A DNA stretch of 64,000 nt from Desulfomonilia bacterium (GCA_963664325.2 CAXXDQ010000007.1:864001-928000), one strand, 5' to 3'; counted from the first letter of the stretch, positions 41,028 to 51,611 are shown. The notes: a model not told the origin generated them from the letters alone. A program made the numbers and translations.

Positions 41028-42158
41028 TTATGGTTTCACTGGCTTCTGTTCAGGCATTATCCCGATCGCCCGGTTTCTGAGTATGATCCCGTTTACTTTC
41101 TGGTAATCGTCAAAGGCCTCATCAGAGTCTCTCTGGAGGATACGCTCCCTGAGCGCTTTGAGTTTCCCTTCATCCTCTGCCGTGCTGAATTTTCCGAGGT
41201 TTTCATAACTGCCCCTTGTCCCGGCTGATTTTAAAAGCTGATCATATTCTCTCTTAAAGGATGCGGATGAAGGTTGCTTCTTCTGTTTAAAAGATGCCAC
41301 ATCGGCTTTCATGCGGTCCATGTTTGCGAGTGTCTCTCTGGCAAAGCCCGCCAGCTTTTCATCGCTCTCTTTTAAGACAACCTGTTCAAAAACAGCTTTC
41401 ATCTCATTAAAGTCGGGAATGGTCCTTTCCAGAGAACCCAGTATCATGCTGCGGAGCCCCGTATCCTTTTCCATCCAGAACCGTTCTTCAAGAGGCTTGG
41501 CTGCTTCGGCAGGGATCAGCCACTGCCCCAGGACATTGATAGCATTGGCCCTGACGTTTATGTCTTTGCTGCTTATCCGCTTCAATAAAAAAGGAACGCC
41601 CTTGTCCCCCATCTTCCCGAAAACGAAGACGGATTGCCAGTAGAACTCTTTCGGATCCTGTCTGAGGATTTCCTCTGTCTTCGGCAAAGCGTCTTCGCAT
41701 TGCATCTGTCCCAGCAGATTCAGGATATCGAACCGCTTTCCCTCGTCTGACGCGGAATCAAGCGCCCTAAGGAGAAAATCTCCAGCCTCCTTCCCTCCGA
41801 TCGCGGCAAGCGCCCGCAGGCAATTCGCCCTGACAATATCGGATTTGCTCTGCCTGTACAACGCTTCAACAGAACCAGTCGCTGACCGGTCTTTTGTCTG
41901 CCCGAGAGCCCATACGTAGACTGCCTGCTGCTGTTCTGTCAGTTTTTTATCATTCAATTTAACAACAAGCGTTCTCGACACCTGCGCGGGATTTTTCCCT
42001 ATACCGTCGGCTATCGATTCCACCAGCGAGGGATCGGCATTTTCTCCGAGGGAGGCCACACGGTCAATCTGCAATATGACATCGTTCGTTTCCTTTGCAT
42101 ACGCAGGGTGCCACGCCGTGAGCATCATGAGCACTGCTGCAATTGAGAGCCTGTTCAT
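41028..42158 (-). CDS. Exported HEAT-repeat protein
   Basis: Signal peptide (AYA-K); repeated VR.NA..AL..IG helices. Confidence 0.75.
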   Translation of the reverse strand: MNRLSIAAVLMMLTAWHPAYAKETNDVILQIDRVASLGENADPSLVESIADGIGKNPAQVSRTLVVKLNDKKLTEQQQAVYVWALGQTKDRSATGSVEALYRQSKSDIVRANCLRALAAIGGKEAGDFLLRALDSASDEGKRFDILNLLGQMQCEDALPKTEEILRQDPKEFYWQSVFVFGKMGDKGVPFLLKRISSKDINVRANAINVLGQWLIPAEAAKPLEERFWMEKDTGLRSMILGSLERTIPDFNEMKAVFEQVVLKESDEKLAGFARETLANMDRMKADVASFKQKKQPSSASFKREYDQLLKSAGTRGSYENLGKFSTAEDEGKLKALRERILQRDSDEAFDDYQKVNGIILRNRAIGIMPEQKPVKP

Positions 42159-42258
42159 CCGTGCCACAACTTTTCTCCTTGTTCGTCGCTTGAAAAATTC
42201 AGGGTGATGCATTTTATGCCTTTCCCGCCATCGGCATTATTCCGTGCGCAGCCTTCAG

Positions 42259-42780
42259 TCACCTCTCCTTCATAAACTGCTCGATCGTCTGCCTGTGTCC
42301 GGCTGTATAATCGCAGCTCGGCTCTCTGCCGCATTTCCTGCATTTCAGGTCATAGGCGGAGTTGATGATCCCGCACCGAGAACAGGCATAATTTCCTTCG
42401 ATTTCCTTCAGCCAGCGCTCATATCCGACGGCCCGGATCCGCTCCAGGTCCTTCCAGAGCTCTATACGGTGAGGCCTTTCAGATTGGAACTGCTTCAGGT
42501 CGCCGCAGGGATACTCAGGGCACTCAATACAGAAATCGATTCCCCGTCCGGCGGCGCAGTCGGACATTTTGCATATCCTGCAATAAGGCCCCCTTATGGC
42601 CGACCGGCAGCCGCAGCACTTGACCTCTTCCTCGGAAAGATTAAACCTTGCCGCCATCAACTTGAGCCTGGCCGGGTCCTCGGTCGTGGCTATGAATAAA
42701 GAGCAAGCCTTACAGTAAAGACCGCATACGGCGGCAAATTTTTTATCCGGTTCCCGTGAAATATTTTCCTCTTTCTGCAT
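42259..42780 (-). CDS. DUF3795-like Cys-rich protein
   Basis: AVCGLYCKAC, CCGC, FCIECPEYPC. Confidence 0.8.
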   Translation of the reverse strand: MQKEENISREPDKKFAAVCGLYCKACSLFIATTEDPARLKLMAARFNLSEEEVKCCGCRSAIRGPYCRICKMSDCAAGRGIDFCIECPEYPCGDLKQFQSERPHRIELWKDLERIRAVGYERWLKEIEGNYACSRCGIINSAYDLKCRKCGREPSCDYTAGHRQTIEQFMKER

Positions 42781-43035
42781 AATAACATTTTCCGTTTGTA
42801 AATTTGATTGGTTTCCGCCTTTTACTGCATGGCTGATGATTATACCGCTGCGGTGAAAAAATCCAAGCCCTTATCGGAAATTGCCCCTTCCGAAAACGCA
42901 TTGATGCCTTGGGAATGTCCCAGCCGCTAATCTTTTCATTGTCAGTTACAGCGAATTTCTGTTTCATTCGTCTGCAAATCAATGTAAGAATCTACCTGTC
43001 TCCGATTATTCTTATTCATAACAAGGAGGTTTGTT

Positions 43036-44205
43036 ATGGAAAGGGTTGAGAGGGTCAAAACAGCTTTACTTCACAAAGAACCAGACAGGGTCCCGACAGT
43101 CTCATGCATCGATGTACAAAAACATATCTATGAAATCCTCGGAGAAAAACCTGACAACTCGTACAAATATATCCAAAACCCGATTTCCGCTAAAATAATC
43201 GATTATATCGCCCCGCTGCTCAACAGGATCGGGGTTTTTGAGCGGGACGTACAGGAGTTCATGCTCAAGAAGATAAGCTCCGACATAATCATGGGCTATG
43301 ACTCCACCTGGGCTATCTATGCCAACATATTCCTGTTCAAGGATTCGCGCTTTATGACTGACGTTTATGGAGGAAGGCTTTATAAGATAGTGGATGACGG
43401 CTACGGAAACATGGACACTCCCATGTATGTCGATGGAACCTTCAAGAGCCCCGACGACTGGCGGCGTTTCAATAAAAACTACTGGGAGGCGCTGCCTGAG
43501 AAGATGTTCAGGTTCAACAGGCTGATCAGCAAAGAGTTCGGAAAGGACATCTATATCTTCGGTTCGCTGTTCATGGGGCTTTTTGAAAATGCATGGCAGC
43601 CGTTCGGGTTTTCAACCTTTGCCAGATTTGTAAAGAAGGAAAGGGCGTTTATGGAAGAGGTCATCGAATACAACAAGAACATCTACCTTCAGGTTATCGA
43701 CGCCACGGCGGATGCGGGTCTGCCGGGTTTCATCTATTCAGACGACATGGCCTTCAAGACCGGCCCCCTGCTCAACCCGAAGGTTGAAGACGAACTGTTC
43801 GGAAACGCCTTTAAAGAGATCACGGACAGGGCTCACAAGAAGGGGCTGTCCATTATCGTACATACCGACGGGTGGACTATTCCACTGCTGCCGTATTTCG
43901 TCAAATGGGGATTTGACGGCCACCACGCGCTCGAGCCGACGGCAAACGTCGATCTGGCTCAATGCAGGGAGGTGATAGGCCATCAGCTCGCCCTGCTCGG
44001 GCATCTCGATATCTCCCACGTGCTCGTCAAGGGTTCCCGTGAAGAGGTATTCGCCCAGGTGAAAGAATCGATACTCAAGGCGGGTCAGGGCGGAGGTCTG
44101 ATACTAGGCCCATGCAACTCGCATGCGGATATCCGGGTGCAGAACATACGCTGGATGATGGAGGCGGTTGAAGAGTTCGGAAACTACCCTCTTGGAACCT
44201 GCTGA
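43036..44205 (+). CDS. Uroporphyrinogen decarboxylase / MtaA-family protein
   Basis: EPDRVP, YSDDMA, VHTDG (HxD), GGGLILGPCN. Confidence 0.85.
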   Translation: MERVERVKTALLHKEPDRVPTVSCIDVQKHIYEILGEKPDNSYKYIQNPISAKIIDYIAPLLNRIGVFERDVQEFMLKKISSDIIMGYDSTWAIYANIFLFKDSRFMTDVYGGRLYKIVDDGYGNMDTPMYVDGTFKSPDDWRRFNKNYWEALPEKMFRFNRLISKEFGKDIYIFGSLFMGLFENAWQPFGFSTFARFVKKERAFMEEVIEYNKNIYLQVIDATADAGLPGFIYSDDMAFKTGPLLNPKVEDELFGNAFKEITDRAHKKGLSIIVHTDGWTIPLLPYFVKWGFDGHHALEPTANVDLAQCREVIGHQLALLGHLDISHVLVKGSREEVFAQVKESILKAGQGGGLILGPCNSHADIRVQNIRWMMEAVEEFGNYPLGTC

Positions 44206-44329
44206 AAGAACCTGCGGTTCTGCATATTATCCCGAAGGGCGGTTCCGGCTTATTCGCCTGGGAGCTTCAAAACGTCTCTCATGCTTGAAACCGTTTGCCC
44301 GGCGCATTATTAACAAGTAAGGTGATAAA

Positions 44330-45037
44330 ATGAAGGACGACGCCAAAATACCGCGAAAGAATGCAAGGGGCCGTGCGTCTTCGCTGAATGTACAGCTCGA
44401 GATCTACGGCAACATGATACAGAACTGTGCCGTGGCGATATTCGCCATTGACACCGGACACCGCGTGATCCACTGGAACAGGGCCTGCGAAGGGCTCACC
44501 GGCATCATGGCATCCGAAGTGCTCGGAACGGGCGGACACTGGAAGGCCTTTTACGAACATGAAAGGCCCTGCCTGTCGGACCTCATCGTTGACGGCGACC
44601 TCAATAACCTGGGCGAGCTCTACGGCGACCACGGACCGTCGGTGCTCATCTCTCAAGGGCTGCACGCCGAAGGATGGTATCCCGATGTGGGAGGCAAAAG
44701 GCGCTACCTCATCTTCGATGCCTCTCCCATCTACCATCATGACGGCAAGCTGCTGGGCGCGGTGGAGACACTTCAGGACATCACGGCCCGCAAGCTTATG
44801 GAAGAAGAGAAGCTGCGTCTCAATGACGAGCTGATCAAGGCCATGAACCAGATCAAGACCCTGAGCGGCCTGATACCCATCTGTGCGGCCTGTAAGAAGA
44901 TCAGGGATGACAAGGGTTACTGGAACCAGATCGAGAGCTATCTCGAAGAGCACTCGGAAGTGGAGTTCAGCCACGGGTTGTGCCCCGAGTGCTTTCGTAT
45001 CTATTTCCCCGAGGCTGCAAAGGCCCGCGAGGAATGA
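44330..45037 (+). CDS. PAS-domain protein with C-terminal ICxxCKKIR...SHGLCPEC domain
   Basis: WNRACEGLTG, GAVETLQDITARK; IPICAACKKIRDDKGYW, FSHGLCPEC. Confidence 0.85.
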   Translation: MKDDAKIPRKNARGRASSLNVQLEIYGNMIQNCAVAIFAIDTGHRVIHWNRACEGLTGIMASEVLGTGGHWKAFYEHERPCLSDLIVDGDLNNLGELYGDHGPSVLISQGLHAEGWYPDVGGKRRYLIFDASPIYHHDGKLLGAVETLQDITARKLMEEEKLRLNDELIKAMNQIKTLSGLIPICAACKKIRDDKGYWNQIESYLEEHSEVEFSHGLCPECFRIYFPEAAKAREE

Positions 45038-45246
45038 CCTGAGCGGCCGTCCTCACACCTGTGCCGAGACCTTTTTTCCGAGACTTAAGATATGGCCAAA
45101 AGAAAAAAGAAATGATACTTTGGATCCATACATCATGATTTGCTCTTTAGGTTCCTATAATGAGGCTATGCCGTCTCATTAAACTGATAACCGGTAAATC
45201 ATTGAGCAAAAGGCCCTGCTGAAAATAATTTCCAGGGGAGATCGTT

Positions 45247-46488
45247 GTGGCGAATATCATGTTGAAGCTCTCAAAGGGCATCCTTTACGGAAAAGGCGTC
45301 CGCCTGGGCGCGCTCGATGGTTATGAGCGGCTCATTGCAGCACTCTATGGAACCCCCGACAGGGTACCGGTGATTCTTCAACCTTATCTTTACGCCATGC
45401 ACCTGAACGGCCTGTCCAGCCGGCAATTTTTCCGTGAACCCGTCCCCTTTATACATGCCTCTTATAACACGGCACAATATTTCGGGGTCGATACATTCTC
45501 ACCCGTATTCGACTTTTACAACATTGAAGCTGAGGCCCTGGGACAGAGCCTGACCTGGGATGAGCAAAGGGAGCCTGCCGTCAATATAAACGACTTCCTG
45601 ATAAAGGAGAAGAAAGACCTTAACGGTCTGAGACCGCCTGTACCGGGGAAGAGCGGCCGCATGCCTTATGTACTTGAAGCTTACAGTCGCTACAGTGAGA
45701 TCATGAAGATGCCGCCGATATGCTACTGCTGTTCACCCTTCACCATGGCTGTACTCATTCGCGGGCTGAACAAGCTCGTCGTGGATATGCGCAGAGACCC
45801 GCGTTTTGTTCACGACCTCATGTCTTTCCTCAGCATGGAGGTCGTGGTCCCGTGGATCGCCAGGATGGTTAAGGAAACCGGCTCATCGATGGCGGTGATG
45901 TCCGACGCCTGGGCCAGCCCTCCCATCGTATCCCCGGACATAATCCGGGAATTCTGCCTGCCCTATGTGAAGAAGGTCATCAGTGAGACATCCACGCCGC
46001 AGTGCACTGTTGTCGATACAGGGACCTGGGGGGAAAGCCGCGTCAAAAATCCGAGGGAAATACTGGACATCAAGATGGATATGATGCTCTCGGGAAACAA
46101 TCTTCATTTCATGCGGCCTTATTACCTGCTGGTATGGCATGAAGACTATGAAAAGGCGGGCATTCCGGTCATCCGCTCCTATGCAGAGGAAAAGAAAATA
46201 TGCCTGATGCTCAATGTACAGCATGATATTCTGGCAAAGGGTACGCCGGAGACCGTCGCCGAAAGGGTGCGCAGGCTGATCAGGGAAGGCGCGGGGAAAG
46301 GAAAATTCGCCGTGCTGATCAATATGGTGTCCCCCGATACGCCGCTGGAAAATGTTCATGCCGCTGTGGCGGCCGTGAAACAGTTCGGCGTATATCCCAT
46401 ACCGGGTGATATCGACCGGCAGCCTTTCCGGAAGCCGGCCTTCCCGCTATTCGACCGGTGGGTGAGAGATCAAGGACTGCCGGTTTAG
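45247..46488 (+). CDS. Uroporphyrinogen decarboxylase / MtaA-family protein
   Basis: PDRVPV, YNIEAEALG, SPFTMA, TPLENV. Confidence 0.82.
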   Translation: MANIMLKLSKGILYGKGVRLGALDGYERLIAALYGTPDRVPVILQPYLYAMHLNGLSSRQFFREPVPFIHASYNTAQYFGVDTFSPVFDFYNIEAEALGQSLTWDEQREPAVNINDFLIKEKKDLNGLRPPVPGKSGRMPYVLEAYSRYSEIMKMPPICYCCSPFTMAVLIRGLNKLVVDMRRDPRFVHDLMSFLSMEVVVPWIARMVKETGSSMAVMSDAWASPPIVSPDIIREFCLPYVKKVISETSTPQCTVVDTGTWGESRVKNPREILDIKMDMMLSGNNLHFMRPYYLLVWHEDYEKAGIPVIRSYAEEKKICLMLNVQHDILAKGTPETVAERVRRLIREGAGKGKFAVLINMVSPDTPLENVHAAVAAVKQFGVYPIPGDIDRQPFRKPAFPLFDRWVRDQGLPV

Positions 46489-46565
46489 GATGGCATGTAT
46501 TCGGAACTCGAAGCCGGAAAAAAGATACAATCAGTACCCACGGTATGTTTCATAAGGAGGAACGG

Positions 46566-48485
46566 ATGACGCACAGGGAACGTATTCTCAAAACCATGCG
46601 CGGCGAGATGGCGGATGTGATCCCCTTTGTGCCCCGCCTTGACCTCTGGTGGCTGGGAAATGCAAGCCGAGGGACCCTGCCGCAGGAGTTTGCCGGCATG
46701 GGCCCGGATGAGATTTCGCGTGCCGAAGGCTGGCCCGTGTATCATATGGTACCTGCCTTTGCGGATGTCGGCAGCATGGATGATGTGCTGCACCGGGCTA
46801 TCGGGCTCTTCAATTTCAAGCAGTCGGTATACGGCTGGAGGTTTTCACCGGACGTCGAGGTGCGCACGCACGATGAAAACGGACAGCAGATCATAGAATA
46901 CCACACCCCCCTGGGCATGGTCCGGACGGCAGGGGGTCTTACCGAGGCCATGAAACGGGCCGGGGCTTCGCTCGGATGGGTCCAGGAACACATCCTCAAA
47001 CGGGTTGAGGATTACCGGATCGTGGGCCATATCTTTGAAAATATCGAGGTCTTCCCCCAATACGCAGGGGCAGCGGAATACATCGCCAAGGTGGGGGACG
47101 ACGGAGTGGCTGCGGCCGGCGGCCCGACTCTGGGGGCTTCGCCCATGCATATGATACAGAAGGACCTCATCGACACCACCCGGTTCTACTACGCCTATAA
47201 GGACCACTACCCTCACATGCGCGATCTGGCCGAGCGTATCGAGGTGTACTTCGCAAAGGTGCTGGACGTGATCTCGCAATCCCCGGCCGAGGTCGTGCTG
47301 TGGGGGGCCAATTATGACGACATGATCACGTACCCGCCCTATTTTGAACGGGAGATCCTTCCATGGCTCAGAAAGGCATCCGAAGTGCTCGGAAGCAGGG
47401 GCAAAATCGTGGCCACCCATACCGACGGTGAAAACCGGGGGCTCATGGATCTAATCAGAGACAGCGGCGTGCATGTAGCGGAATCCGTCACTCCATATCC
47501 CATGACCAGGGTCACTCTGGAAGAGTACTACCGCCGCTGGCGCGGCAAGCTCACCATCATGGGCGGCATACCGGAATCGCTCCTGCTCAGGGAATCCACC
47601 TCTGATGAAGATTTCGAGGCCTTCCTTGATAATCTTTTCGCCAAACTCATCCCCGGAGACCGGCTCATTCTCGGCACGGCCGACTCGACACCGCCCGATG
47701 CGGTCTTTGACCGGCTGCGGCGTATTGCGGACCGGGCGGCAGGAGAAGGAAAACTGCCTTTGCGCATGCGGGGAAAGAGCCCGGGCCCTGACCCCGAGGA
47801 CGTCATCAAGGGAACAGGAAAGATATCGTCCGGGGAACAGGATGAGCTGTACGCGCCCGTCCTATCCTACCTGGCTGATGGGGACGAGAAGGCCCTTACG
47901 GAGCAGGTTGAGGCCCTCCTTGCGCAGGGCCTTCCGGCGCGCGATATCCTGCACAATGGACTCATCCGCGGCATGCTCATAATCGGCGAACAGTTCAAGG
48001 CCGGCGACATCTTCATCCCCGAGGTGCTCCTCGCCGCCCGGGCCATGAACAGCGCGCTTGCCGTCCTGGAGCCCCGGCTGACGCAAGCCGACAGGGGCGC
48101 CAGGCATCTCGTGCTGATCGGCACCGTAGAGGGAGACTTGCACGACATCGGCAAGAACATCGTGGCCATCATGCTCAGGGGTGCAGGCTTCGAGGTGCAT
48201 GACCTGGGAATCAATGTCGCAAGTGAAGAATTCATTCGACAGGTCGAGGAGCGCAAGCCTAGTATTCTGGCCCTTTCCGCCCTGCTCACCACTACAATGC
48301 CGGCAATGAAGGTCATCATCTCGGGTCTGAAGAACAGGGGCCTGAGGGAAAAGGTCAAGGTCATGGTTGGGGGGGCGCCTGTGAACCAGAAGTTCGCCGA
48401 CGATATCGGTGCGGACGCCTATGCCGGGGATGCCGGGGCAGTGGTGGAGGCCGCACAGAGGATACTTGAAGGCCCGTCAGGGTAA
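46566..48485 (+). CDS. UroD/MtaA-like domain fused to a cobalamin-binding (corrinoid) protein
   Basis: N-part MTHRERIL...HTDGE; C-part FIPEVL, GDLHDIGKN (DxHxxG), SALLTTT, MVGGAP. RBS AAGGAGG. Confidence 0.88.
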   Translation: MTHRERILKTMRGEMADVIPFVPRLDLWWLGNASRGTLPQEFAGMGPDEISRAEGWPVYHMVPAFADVGSMDDVLHRAIGLFNFKQSVYGWRFSPDVEVRTHDENGQQIIEYHTPLGMVRTAGGLTEAMKRAGASLGWVQEHILKRVEDYRIVGHIFENIEVFPQYAGAAEYIAKVGDDGVAAAGGPTLGASPMHMIQKDLIDTTRFYYAYKDHYPHMRDLAERIEVYFAKVLDVISQSPAEVVLWGANYDDMITYPPYFEREILPWLRKASEVLGSRGKIVATHTDGENRGLMDLIRDSGVHVAESVTPYPMTRVTLEEYYRRWRGKLTIMGGIPESLLLRESTSDEDFEAFLDNLFAKLIPGDRLILGTADSTPPDAVFDRLRRIADRAAGEGKLPLRMRGKSPGPDPEDVIKGTGKISSGEQDELYAPVLSYLADGDEKALTEQVEALLAQGLPARDILHNGLIRGMLIIGEQFKAGDIFIPEVLLAARAMNSALAVLEPRLTQADRGARHLVLIGTVEGDLHDIGKNIVAIMLRGAGFEVHDLGINVASEEFIRQVEERKPSILALSALLTTTMPAMKVIISGLKNRGLREKVKVMVGGAPVNQKFADDIGADAYAGDAGAVVEAAQRILEGPSG

Positions 48486-48726
48486 TGAAGACGATTTAAG
48501 GTCATTGCCGAGTGCATCGGCCGTTGCCATCATATCTGCCGGAATCCGGCTCGATCATTAACCGGCGGGATGCTGCCTCCCGAGCAACCATCAATGCCCA
48601 GGAGGTCGGCATGAAACGCTTCAGTTCCTGGCCCGGAGGCGTTTCAAAACAATAAACAATTGATAAACACCTCCTTTTCATGCCAATATGGTGGCACTGC
48701 ACTTTGCTTATAATGGGGAGAGCCTG

Positions 48727-50130
48727 ATGCCGGCGTCATTGAAAACTCATCATTTGAAATTGATTATATTATTATCTGCTTGTGCAGTTTTCAGCGTTTC
48801 GTGCCAGAACACCGGACCGGAAATAATCTCCCCCGCTGATAACGGCCTGGTTTATGGAAATGCATGTAAACTTATTGTCAGAAGCTTCAGCAGGCCGGAT
48901 TTCAAGATTATTCTGGACGGCGAAGAATGCACCCCGTCCTGGCTTAAAGAGGCCTGGCCGTTCAGGTGGATGGCGGTGATAGCCGTTCCCCGGAAAGGCG
49001 AACATGCGCTTATATTAAAAAGGGGCGCCATTGAAATAGCCGGGATAAGGTTCAACAGCGGCCTCAGCATTGGAGAGATTGCCGGAAAAGTCATAGGCCA
49101 GTACTTTTCTGACAACTATCCGGAGGACCTCAAATGGGACTGGACGCCCGCCGTATTTCTCTATGGTCTAATGAAATATGCGCCCTATTCATCAGATGAG
49201 GGGCGATGCATCGCTTACGTCAGCGCCTATCACAGGAGCTGGCTCGAAAAAGGCCTTCCCGACATAAACTGGGCGGACGAATGCCCTCCGGCCCTGTCTG
49301 CGCTGATGCTCAGGGAGCTCTACGGAATTGATTTCGCAATGCCGGCTGTCATAAAAACGGCTTCATACATCAGGACCGCTCCCAGAAATGCCCTGGGGAG
49401 TATCGACCACCTGGGCTCAAGCCTGTTTTCGCTTGTCTACCCCGACTCCATATGGGTTGATTCGCTCATGATGTGGGCGCTGCCTGCTGTCATGTACGGC
49501 GTTGATGCAAACGACAGCGGCCTTCTCGAATTCGGCATTGCCCAGCCTTTCATTTTCGCAGACAGGCTGCTCGACAATGAAACCGGGCTTTTTCATCACG
49601 CCTGGAATATTGAGGCGGACACCCTCTGCCCGAAAGACAATGCGATATGGCTCAGGGGAAACGCATGGGTCCTGGTCTCCGTCCTCGAGATGATCTCGAT
49701 TCTGGATAAAAATCATCCCCGGCATCCGGAGCTCTGCGGCCTGTTCAGAAGTCTTGCAGAGAGCGCGCTGGCCTTCCGCCAGCCCTCAGGCTTCTGGGAC
49801 ACCGTAATGGATGAGCCAGGGTACGCCTACGAGGAAAGTTCGGGTTCGGCGCTCTTCGCCTATGCCTATGCAAAGGGGTACAGGCTGGGCCTGCTCGAAG
49901 AACCTTACATGGCGGCTGCCCGGGACACCTTTTCATCGATTACGGCAAGGCTGATAAAAGGCTCTGCCGGCTATTCCGTAACGGGCGTCTCCTCCGGCAC
50001 GATCCCCTCGGACAGGCTCGGCTATAAACTTGTCCCTACAGGGGACAACATCCTCTACGGGGCAGGCGCATATCTGATGCTGGCATCAGAAATGATTATT
50101 TCTGAAAATCAGTCAGGCCTGTCACATTAA
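48727..50130 (+). CDS. Glycoside hydrolase family 88/105 lipoprotein
   Basis: Lipobox SVSC, IWVDSLMM, GLFHH, WLRGNAW, ESSGSA. Confidence 0.85.
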   Translation: MPASLKTHHLKLIILLSACAVFSVSCQNTGPEIISPADNGLVYGNACKLIVRSFSRPDFKIILDGEECTPSWLKEAWPFRWMAVIAVPRKGEHALILKRGAIEIAGIRFNSGLSIGEIAGKVIGQYFSDNYPEDLKWDWTPAVFLYGLMKYAPYSSDEGRCIAYVSAYHRSWLEKGLPDINWADECPPALSALMLRELYGIDFAMPAVIKTASYIRTAPRNALGSIDHLGSSLFSLVYPDSIWVDSLMMWALPAVMYGVDANDSGLLEFGIAQPFIFADRLLDNETGLFHHAWNIEADTLCPKDNAIWLRGNAWVLVSVLEMISILDKNHPRHPELCGLFRSLAESALAFRQPSGFWDTVMDEPGYAYEESSGSALFAYAYAKGYRLGLLEEPYMAAARDTFSSITARLIKGSAGYSVTGVSSGTIPSDRLGYKLVPTGDNILYGAGAYLMLASEMIISENQSGLSH

Positions 50131-50151
50131 GGCCTCCCGTGACCGGTCTTC

Positions 50152-50616
50152 TTATGGCTTGGACCCTGGCAGCCAGCGGGGTACGGACGCCCTGTAGGTT
50201 TCCCATTCTTTTCCAAATTGAGCCGCCATCCACGGCTCTTCATATCTGACGACCCGGACATGGAATCCGGCTGCAAGCACAAGCATGTAAGCGCCGAGCA
50301 GAATGGACGACAGATACAGCGACCAGCCGAGCACCAGCAGAAGCACGCCGATGTACATGGGATTTCTCACATAGCGGTATAATCCAACAGTGACGATCTT
50401 CCGGGGCGGGTCCCACGGGGCGAGAGTGCCCTTTCCTGATACATAAAAATTCCTGACGCACCAGAGCAGAAGAAATGCCCCGGCAAACATCACAACAAGG
50501 CCCGGCATCCACACCGCGCCGCGCCACGGGTCAAAATAAGCGATGACCGGGGGTGCCATGCCTGCCGCAACACCGGGCAGGACTATGAAAGAGAGCAACG
50601 CTCGCATGAACATCAT
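50152..50616 (-). CDS. Isoprenylcysteine carboxyl methyltransferase / PEMT family protein
   Basis: GLYRYVRNPMY, EE..M...FG, VPRW. Confidence 0.88.
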   Translation of the reverse strand: MMFMRALLSFIVLPGVAAGMAPPVIAYFDPWRGAVWMPGLVVMFAGAFLLLWCVRNFYVSGKGTLAPWDPPRKIVTVGLYRYVRNPMYIGVLLLVLGWSLYLSSILLGAYMLVLAAGFHVRVVRYEEPWMAAQFGKEWETYRASVPRWLPGSKP

Positions 50617-50682
50617 GGCTCAAGATTGATGATTAGAGGCCTTCAGGCTTCTTTGAATCCCTGAAGTGTCAGGCTGCATGAA

Positions 50683-51555
50683 TTAATCAGCATATTCCCC
50701 TTCCTGCAGATACCCGCCTTCAGGCTCCGGACCGGGACCTGCAGGCCCGGGAGCAAGTGGGAGGAATTCAGCAGGCATACGGACTTTGTCCTTGAACTCA
50801 TCGATAACAGCGGCTTGACCCAGCACCGCAAGCAATGCCGCTGCCGCATTATCCGCGGCCTTCCTGACATTGCGGATTATCCTGAAAGAGCCGAGCGCGA
50901 GCTTAGGCTTGAGGAGGACCATTCTGGCGGCCTTGCCGATGCTTAGGTTGAAGTCTTCGTCCGTCATGGCCTCGAGGTCGAAGGACAAAGGCTCCAGGGG
51001 CCCGTCGCTCACGGCGCGCAGGGCTATGAGGGCCGTCCCGTGCCCGGCTGCAACCTGCGCAATGCCGGCCGTCTCCATGTCAAAAAAGGGGTGCGCCAGC
51101 TCATCAGGCAGAAGCCGGGCCGGGTTGGACATGCGCGTTGTGACGGCCGTACCTGTTGCCAGGCGGGCCCCGCACAGCCCGAGTACACGCACGGCCGCCT
51201 GCCAGGCTGCATCGGATAAGGGCTCAAGCTGCCGGAACAGGATCTCTTTGTGTCTCTCCAGCAGGAAGGTCTGACTGGCGGCGATGACATCACCGATCTC
51301 GAGATCGTCCCTTGCAGCGCCCGCCACACCGAAGGATACCAGAAGCCGCGGACGCTCTTCGGCAATAAGGGTACGGGCGGCATCCATGGCGCGCTTTATG
51401 CCGATGCCGGATTTGACCAGGAGGCAGTTCCGGCCGGACAGCTGAAAACGGTAGCAGGGGAACGGGCCCAGTCTGGTGCGTTCGGTTTTTCCGGCGCACT
51501 TAAGGAGCGCCCTGCATTCCTGTGTCATGGCAGCGATGATCCCGACAGTTTCCAT
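50683..51555 (-). CDS. Nucleoside phosphorylase domain protein (MTA/SAH nucleosidase, HpnG-like)
   Basis: GIIAAM..E, SGIG, SFGVAG, DMETA, RAVSD. Confidence 0.85.
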   Translation of the reverse strand: METVGIIAAMTQECRALLKCAGKTERTRLGPFPCYRFQLSGRNCLLVKSGIGIKRAMDAARTLIAEERPRLLVSFGVAGAARDDLEIGDVIAASQTFLLERHKEILFRQLEPLSDAAWQAAVRVLGLCGARLATGTAVTTRMSNPARLLPDELAHPFFDMETAGIAQVAAGHGTALIALRAVSDGPLEPLSFDLEAMTDEDFNLSIGKAARMVLLKPKLALGSFRIIRNVRKAADNAAAALLAVLGQAAVIDEFKDKVRMPAEFLPLAPGPAGPGPEPEGGYLQEGEYAD

Positions 51556-51611
51556 AGTATTCCTTTCTGTATCCGGCCGTTATCCTGTTTACTCAGGAAT
51601 AAAGCACCGGC

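Noticed and set aside
48612-48646. Hairpin between the corrinoid gene and GH88/105
   Set aside because: Imperfect stem with no recognisable RNA family and no clear poly-T tail.
48692-48708. Sigma-54 promoter TGGCAC...TTGC upstream of GH88/105
   Set aside because: GG-to-GC spacing is 11 bp rather than the required 10.
36321-51555. HpnA-like and HpnG-like genes as a hopanoid cluster
   Set aside because: They are 13 kb apart, with no squalene-hopene cyclase or HpnH; both families are broad.
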